Both the position numbers and the translations under genes were made by a program. Shown here one piece after another: positions 58,468-64,000 of a stretch of DNA of 64,000 nt. Position 1 is the stretch's first letter. Every line of letters begins with the position of its first letter. Below the pieces are notes generated by a model that was not told where the DNA came from, searched no databases, and saw nothing but the letters and a program-made list of their open reading frames with translations. Source of the DNA: Spirochaetia bacterium (GTDB lineage Bacteria > Spirochaetota > Spirochaetia > SZUA-6 > Bin103); the NCBI GenBank assembly GCA_965208575.1, contig CBDBOV010000006.1, positions 480,001 through 544,000 on the forward strand, written 5' to 3'.

Positions 58468-59685
58468 ATGATAATTGCCATGTCTGATGGCAATACGATC
58501 AGCTCGGATCACTGGATCGGGCGCCGGCTTGAGCTGGAGCGACTGCTCACGCGCCGGTCGGTGTTCCTGTTCGGGCCGCGCCAGACCGGCAAGACCACCT
58601 ACGTGCGCCGGCAGCTCGGGGACACGGTGGGGTTGACCTTCACGCTGCTCGACCAGGGGCTGTTCACCTCGGTGCTGGCCGACCCGACGCGCATCCGGCG
58701 CGAGGTGGAGGCGCGCGGACTGCGCGACACCGTGGTGTGCATCGACGAAATCCAGAAATGCCCGGCGCTGATCGACGAGGTGCAACTGATGATCGAGACG
58801 CGCGGCATACGGTTTCTGCTTACCGGATCGAGCGCGCGCGCCCTGCGCCGCAAGGGGGTCAACCTGCTCGGAGGGCGCGGCAGTGACCGCGTCATGCACC
58901 CGTTCTCGTGGTGCGAGTTGCGCGAGGCAGGACGATTCTCGCTGGACCGCGCCATCAACCACGGCCTGTTGCCTCCGCACTACCTGTCTGACGACCCGGA
59001 CGAGGAGCTGGCCTCCTACGTGGACCGATACCTTACCGAGGAAGTCGCGGCGGAGGGCCTGACGCGCAACCTGCCCGGCTTCGCCCGCTTTCTGCAGACC
59101 GCTGCCGCCACCAATGCGCAGCTTCTCAACTACTCCAACGTCGCCCGCGACGCGCAGCTCCCGCGGCAGACCGTGGTGCAGTGGTACCGGATCCTGGCCG
59201 ACACCCTGATCGCGGTCGAACTGCCGCCGTTCACGCGCACCGTCAAGCGCAAGGCGATCGAGACCGCGAAGCTCTACTTCTTCGACACCGGCGTGGTGCG
59301 CGCGCTGCGCCGACTGCCGCCGGTCCACGAGGCGTCCGCCGACTTCGGCGAGTTCTTCGAGCACTACGTCCTGCACGAGCTGCGCACCTGGATCGACTAC
59401 CGCCGCCCGCGCACGCCGCTCGCCTTCTGGCGCTCCCGATCCGGTTACGAGGTGGATTTCATCCTCGACGGGCGGGTCGCCATCGAGGCCAACGCCGCCC
59501 GCAGGATCCACGCCAAACACCTGCGCGGCCTGCGCGCACTGGCGGAGGAGGGGCTGGTCGAGCGCTGCATCGTGGTGTGCCGCGAGGAGCGTCCGCGCAT
59601 CGAGCCCGGTACCACGCGCGACATCGAGATCTGGCCGCTCGAATACTTCCTGGCGGCACTGTGGCGGGACGAGCTCGCATCGTGA
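58468..59685 (+). CDS. AAA+ ATPase with DUF4143-like C-terminal domain
   Basis: GPRQTGKTT, IDEIQK, LTGSSAR, KLYFFDTG, GYEVDF. Confidence 0.88.
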   Translation: MIIAMSDGNTISSDHWIGRRLELERLLTRRSVFLFGPRQTGKTTYVRRQLGDTVGLTFTLLDQGLFTSVLADPTRIRREVEARGLRDTVVCIDEIQKCPALIDEVQLMIETRGIRFLLTGSSARALRRKGVNLLGGRGSDRVMHPFSWCELREAGRFSLDRAINHGLLPPHYLSDDPDEELASYVDRYLTEEVAAEGLTRNLPGFARFLQTAAATNAQLLNYSNVARDAQLPRQTVVQWYRILADTLIAVELPPFTRTVKRKAIETAKLYFFDTGVVRALRRLPPVHEASADFGEFFEHYVLHELRTWIDYRRPRTPLAFWRSRSGYEVDFILDGRVAIEANAARRIHAKHLRGLRALAEEGLVERCIVVCREERPRIEPGTTRDIEIWPLEYFLAALWRDELAS

Positions 59686-59818
59686 GGATACGCCGTTGAG
59701 CCACTGCCTGGTCCGATACCCTGCTCCAGGATTTCCGCTCCCCAGCGATCAATCTTTGCTCCGCTCCCGGCGCAGCAAGGCCTCCACCTCCGGAGTCTGG
59801 CGCTACCTACCGCCGACG

Positions 59819-60022
59819 CTATTCGTCGCGAGACTCGGTCGATGCGGACCGGGCAGCGTCCATGACATGTTGACCCGCCACCGGCTCCGGGGTGGAACCG
59901 GCGGGATGCGGCGCAAGCCCGGCGCGTCGCCCGGCGGCGGCCAGCGACAGGCAGAGCGCGCGCAGTTGGCTCACGCGGTGCAAGCGAACCGTCACCGCGT
60001 GGGCGGACATGTCGACCTTCAC
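59819..60022 (-). CDS. Small protein coupled to nucleotidyltransferase
   Basis: GTGA overlap with upstream stop; KVDMSAHAVTVRLHRVSQLRALCLSL. Confidence 0.55.
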   Translation of the reverse strand: MKVDMSAHAVTVRLHRVSQLRALCLSLAAAGRRAGLAPHPAGSTPEPVAGQHVMDAARSASTESRDE

Positions 60023-60480
60023 TCCGTATCTCCCGTCAGCCGCTCGATGTCGTCCTGGTCCTGCCCGCTGCCGCGCAACCGCTTCAGCGCGACGAGCCCG
60101 TCCCGCGACACCGTTGCGATGGCGCCGTGGTCCCATGCGACGCGCCGGCGGGACCGCCACACGCGTTCCAGGGCCGGCGTAACGTGCAGCAGGTCGACCA
60201 TCAAGACATCCTCCGAATCCGGCTCCGGCTTCACCAACCGGGAGATGGTCACCGTCCCCCCGGAGAGCCTCATGGGCGCCGCCGCAAGGCGATAGCCAAG
60301 CTGCCCGAGCACGCCCTCCGCGGTCGGCACCTGATCGGGCGCGATCAGCATGTCGATGTCGATAGTCGCACGTGGGATGCCGTAAATCGCCAATGCCACC
60401 CCGCCGCACAGCGCATAGTCCACGCGCGCAAGATCGAGGGCATCGGTAATGGAGCGTAGTTCCGTGAGCAGGTCGGTCAC
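60019..60480 (-). CDS. Nucleotidyltransferase family protein
   Basis: YALCGGVALAIYGIPRATIDIDMLI, VDLL, LVALK...QDQDDI. Confidence 0.82.
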   Translation of the reverse strand: MTDLLTELRSITDALDLARVDYALCGGVALAIYGIPRATIDIDMLIAPDQVPTAEGVLGQLGYRLAAAPMRLSGGTVTISRLVKPEPDSEDVLMVDLLHVTPALERVWRSRRRVAWDHGAIATVSRDGLVALKRLRGSGQDQDDIERLTGDTE

Positions 60481-60611
60481 TGTGCGGAATCCTCACCGGC
60501 GCGCCGGAATCATGCCACTTTCACTCGACCCGCTCAACGCGGTCGGATTCGGGGCGCCCCACCCGAATACGGTACTTGGCGAACGGTCGACCGCGACCCC
60601 GGCATGGCTCT

Positions 60612-60647
60612 TGTACCTTGACAAGGTATACCTGGGTTCGGTATACA
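60612..60647 (+). promoter_or_regulatory. higBA promoter with palindromic operator-like site
   Basis: TACCTTG-A-CAAGGTA inverted repeat over TTGACA; second GTATAC...GTATAC pair. Confidence 0.6.
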
Positions 60648-60654
60648 ACGCTCG

Positions 60655-60945
60655 TTGGCGATCCAGAGCTTCTCTGATTCAGCGACAGAACAGTTCTTCA
60701 TCGGCGGGCAGTTAGGCAAGGCCGTCGGATGGAGAGTCGTTGCCGGTGTGGCTCGGCGAAAGTTGGACATGCTCCACTATGCAGCCGCCATAGGTGACTT
60801 GCGATCGCCGCCGGGTAACCGGCTTGAGGCCCTGAAGGGCGACTACGCCGGCTATCACAGCTTGCGCATCAATGATCGCTGGCGAGTTGTCTTTCAGTGG
60901 GGTAAGGCGGGTCCGACAGATGTCCGCATTGTCGATTACCACTAG
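60655..60945 (+). CDS. higB: HigB-family (RelE-like) toxin
   Basis: IQSF, ARRKLDML, LRSPPGNRLEALKGD, SLRINDRWR, IVDYH. Confidence 0.9.
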   Translation: MAIQSFSDSATEQFFIGGQLGKAVGWRVVAGVARRKLDMLHYAAAIGDLRSPPGNRLEALKGDYAGYHSLRINDRWRVVFQWGKAGPTDVRIVDYH

Positions 60946-60961
60946 CGGTGACGGAGGGAAC

Positions 60962-61252
60962 ATGTTCACACTCGATCGAGAACCGACGGGTCCGGGAGAG
61001 ATCCTCTCGGAGGAGTTTCTCAAACCGATGAACATTACGCAGAGGCAACTCGCCGAACACATGGGTTGCGACGTGAAGGTGATCAATCGGATCGTCAATG
61101 GACGTACGGCAATCAGGGCGGAACTGGCCATCAGATTGGCGAGCGCACTCAATACGTCGCCGGAGTTCTGGCTGAACGCTCAGCAAGCGGTCGACGTCCA
61201 TAGCGCACGACGCAAGATCCGGGATCTGCCGGAAGCGATACTCATGAGTTGA
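60962..61252 (+). CDS. higA: HigA-family antitoxin
   Basis: PGEILSEEFLKPMNITQRQLA...SPEFWLNAQ; GGAGG RBS. Confidence 0.9.
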   Translation: MFTLDREPTGPGEILSEEFLKPMNITQRQLAEHMGCDVKVINRIVNGRTAIRAELAIRLASALNTSPEFWLNAQQAVDVHSARRKIRDLPEAILMS

Positions 61253-61366
61253 CCGGTTCAGTCAACTCCCAAGCAGTGGCGGCGACCGTGATTGTCGGGT
61301 ACAGTCTGCGCATGGTCGCTAACGTCGCCAGAGACGCACTCTTTCCGTGGCCGTGGGGCAGAAGCC

Positions 61367-64000
61367 ATGCCGGCTGACGGCGCACCGCCGCTGGCGGGGG
61401 TGCGGGTGGTCGATTTCGGCCACTACATCGCGGGGCCGCTGGCCGGCATGCTGCTCGCCGACCAGGGCGCCGAGGTCATCAAGGTCGACCGCCCCGGCAC
61501 CCGGAGCGCCGGCACCGGCGACCCCGCGGATGCGATGTACAACCGCGGCAAGACGCGGCTGGAGCTGGACCTGAAGAGCGAGGCCGGCCTGGACGCCGCC
61601 CGGCGCCTGGTCGCCGCCGCCGACGTGGTGATCGAGAACTTCCGTCCCGGGGTGATGGACCGGCTCGGGCTCGGCGCGCACGTGGTTACCGAGCGGCACC
61701 CGCGGCTGATCTACCTGTCGCTGCCGGGATTCGCGTCGACCGACCAGGGCAAGGCCAACATCCGCGCATTCGAAGGGGTCTTGAACGCGGCCTGCGGGCT
61801 GTTCACCGACCTCGACTCGACCGGCCGTCTGGTTGGCGCGCCACCGGTGTACACGCCGATCCCGCTGGCCTCCACCTACGGGGCCATTCACGGCGCGCTG
61901 GCGGTCACCCTCGCCCTGTTCGCACGCGCGGAGAGCGGACGCGGAGAAGTGATCGAGGTGCCGCTCTTGAGCGCGGCGCTGGCCGCCACCGGCATCCTGC
62001 TGTACCGGGTGGCGAAGCAGCCGGTCCGCTACGGCATGCCGATCATGCCGCGCTTCACGGAGCGCTTCCTGGTGCCGCTGCTGCGCGCCTACGTGCGCCT
62101 GACCGGCGGCCCCGGCTGGCGCGCCATCCTGCGCCGGCTGGGGCGCATGCACCCCGGCCCGAACGACAGCTACCGCACCAGCGACGGCGGCTGGGTGTAC
62201 CTGCTCGCCGGCGGCAACTCCAACCACAGCCAGTTCTTCCTGAAGGCAGTGGGCCTCTATGACGAGCTGATCGAGGCCGGCATGGTGGATCGCTACCCGT
62301 ACGACAACCTGGAACTGACCAACAACGTCCAGGAGTGGACGATGCTGAGCAAGTCGTGGAAGCGGCGCATCCGCAAGCGGCTGGCCAGGCTGTTCGCCGA
62401 GCAGCCGGTCGCGCACTGGGCGGAGCTGCTGGACGGCAAGGTACCGTTTTCGCCGCAGCTCACCGCCGACGAGTGGCTGCACGCCCCGGAGACGTTGGCC
62501 GGCGGCCTCACGGTCGACGTCGACGATCCGCGCCACGGCACGATGCGGCAGTTGGGGGTGCAGGTTTCGCTGGCCGGGACGGCGGACCGGTGGTTCGACC
62601 CTCGCGCCGCCGCCGACGGCGACCCGGAGGCGGTGCTGGGCGAGTGGGCGCAGCCGCCGCCTGACGCCGCCGCGGGGGCCGGGGAGCCGTCCGTGGAGGT
62701 GCCGGGCGCGGTTGTTGCCGCGGACGCGGAAGGCGCCGGGGACGCGGGGCGCGCGGCGGCGGCGGCCGGCGAGCCGTCCGTCGTGGCGGCGGACACGGAA
62801 AGCGGCGGGCACGCGGAGCGCGCGGCGGCTACCGCGAATCCGGTCGCCGGGGCCGGCGCACCGCACGGTCCCCTGCCGCCGGGCTCGGCGCCGCAAATCC
62901 TGCAAGGCGTGCGGGTGCTGGACCTGTCCAACGTGCTGGCCGGCCCGTGCAGCGCGCGCACGCTGGCCGAGTACGGCGCCGACGTGATCAAGATCGACCC
63001 GCCCACCACCTACCTCGGCCCGCTACGCTTCTCCTGGTTCCCGATCGAAGTGAGCCAGGGCAAGCGTTCGATGGTGCTGGACCTCAAGACCGAGGAGGGG
63101 CGGTCGGTGTTCTGGGATCTGCTGAAGACCGCCGACGTGGTGGTGCACAACTTCCGGCTCGGGGTGGCGGAGCGGCTCGGCATCGACTACGAGAGCGTCA
63201 AGCGGCGCAAGCCGGACATTGTCTACCTGAGTTTCACCGCCTACAACGGACCGCGCCCGGGCCCGTGGTCGGCGTGGACCTCGTTCGATCCGGCGGTGCA
63301 GGGGGCGACCGGGATCATGCGCCGCTACGGCGGCGACGGCAAGCCGGTGCTGCACGGCTGGGGCTCGTGCATCGACTACATGGCCGGCTATTCCGCCGCC
63401 TACGGGCTGGCGCTGGCCCTGTACAAGCGCAGGACCGGTCGCGGCGGCGAGCGGGTGTCAGCCTCCCTGGCGCAGGCGGCGCAACTGGTGCAGGCGCCGT
63501 TCATGGTGGCCAGCGAGTCGCACCGCCCGGGCGGCGAGCCGCACGGCCAGCGCGCCCGCGGCGAGCACGCGCTGGCGCGCCTGTACCGGGCGCGCGACGG
63601 CTGGCTGTTCGTGCAGGGGCTGCCGTCGGACCTGGCTCGGGTGGCCGCCATCGACGAGCTGGCCGGTTTCCCGCACGGCGAAGCGGGCGACGCTGTGCGC
63701 GTCCGGTTCCTGGAACGGGCGATCCGGCGGCGGAAGGTGGCGTTCTGGACCGTGGCGTTCAACCAGGCCGGCCTCGGCTGCCACCGCGTCGACGCGATCG
63801 AGGACATCCGCCGCGAGTACGTGCACGAGATGACCGCCGGCAACCTGACGCGCCACTGGGACGACGGGCGCTCCATCTCGGCGGTCAGGATCGCCGACCA
63901 CCCCGCCGGCAGCCCGGTGGACGTGGTGGCGCCCGCCTACGCCCGCTTTCGCAACACGTCGCTGCGGCTGGGCCGCCCGATGCCGTACATGGGCAGCGAC
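61367..64000 (+). CDS. Two-domain CaiB/BaiF (family III) CoA transferase (runs off window end)
   Basis: PLAGVRVVDFGHYIAGP...GAEVIKVD and in-frame second LQGVRVLDLSNVLAGP...GADVIKID; missing from ORF track because no stop in window. Confidence 0.88.
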   Translation, partial: MPADGAPPLAGVRVVDFGHYIAGPLAGMLLADQGAEVIKVDRPGTRSAGTGDPADAMYNRGKTRLELDLKSEAGLDAARRLVAAADVVIENFRPGVMDRLGLGAHVVTERHPRLIYLSLPGFASTDQGKANIRAFEGVLNAACGLFTDLDSTGRLVGAPPVYTPIPLASTYGAIHGALAVTLALFARAESGRGEVIEVPLLSAALAATGILLYRVAKQPVRYGMPIMPRFTERFLVPLLRAYVRLTGGPGWRAILRRLGRMHPGPNDSYRTSDGGWVYLLAGGNSNHSQFFLKAVGLYDELIEAGMVDRYPYDNLELTNNVQEWTMLSKSWKRRIRKRLARLFAEQPVAHWAELLDGKVPFSPQLTADEWLHAPETLAGGLTVDVDDPRHGTMRQLGVQVSLAGTADRWFDPRAAADGDPEAVLGEWAQPPPDAAAGAGEPSVEVPGAVVAADAEGAGDAGRAAAAAGEPSVVAADTESGGHAERAAATANPVAGAGAPHGPLPPGSAPQILQGVRVLDLSNVLAGPCSARTLAEYGADVIKIDPPTTYLGPLRFSWFPIEVSQGKRSMVLDLKTEEGRSVFWDLLKTADVVVHNFRLGVAERLGIDYESVKRRKPDIVYLSFTAYNGPRPGPWSAWTSFDPAVQGATGIMRRYGGDGKPVLHGWGSCIDYMAGYSAAYGLALALYKRRTGRGGERVSASLAQAAQLVQAPFMVASESHRPGGEPHGQRARGEHALARLYRARDGWLFVQGLPSDLARVAAIDELAGFPHGEAGDAVRVRFLERAIRRRKVAFWTVAFNQAGLGCHRVDAIEDIRREYVHEMTAGNLTRHWDDGRSISAVRIADHPAGSPVDVVAPAYARFRNTSLRLGRPMPYMGSD

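Overview
GC-rich bacterial DNA. The Cys-free '...TFA-xGxxE' signal peptides of the binding proteins suggest Spirochaetota (inference). About 56 kb is a co-oriented (minus strand) tandem array of peptide/nickel-type (family 5) ABC importer modules: 8 intact solute-binding protein (SBP) genes, several intact or decayed DppB/DppC-like permeases, and no ATPase subunit in the window. Six SBP genes share a promoter and long leader with a Shine-Dalgarno-led upstream ORF, a 10-bp repeat of variable copy number (1,1,7,3,2,2) and a GGTAACTGA motif that stops two of three frames. This is a candidate phase-variable translational switch and the main novelty proposed here. Between modules lie variable accessory genes (toxin-antitoxin pairs, often with a broken toxin and intact antitoxin, Rpn nucleases, AAA ATPases, catabolic enzymes), often joined by short scraps of the transporter genes. 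Mobile elements: a 2.0-kb group II intron nested in a MITE inside one leader, an rve/ISNCY-like element with cargo, and a 3.6-kb TGT...ACA transposon with a 5-bp target duplication. No rRNA, tRNA or CRISPR array was seen. All family names come from motif recognition by eye, not database searches.
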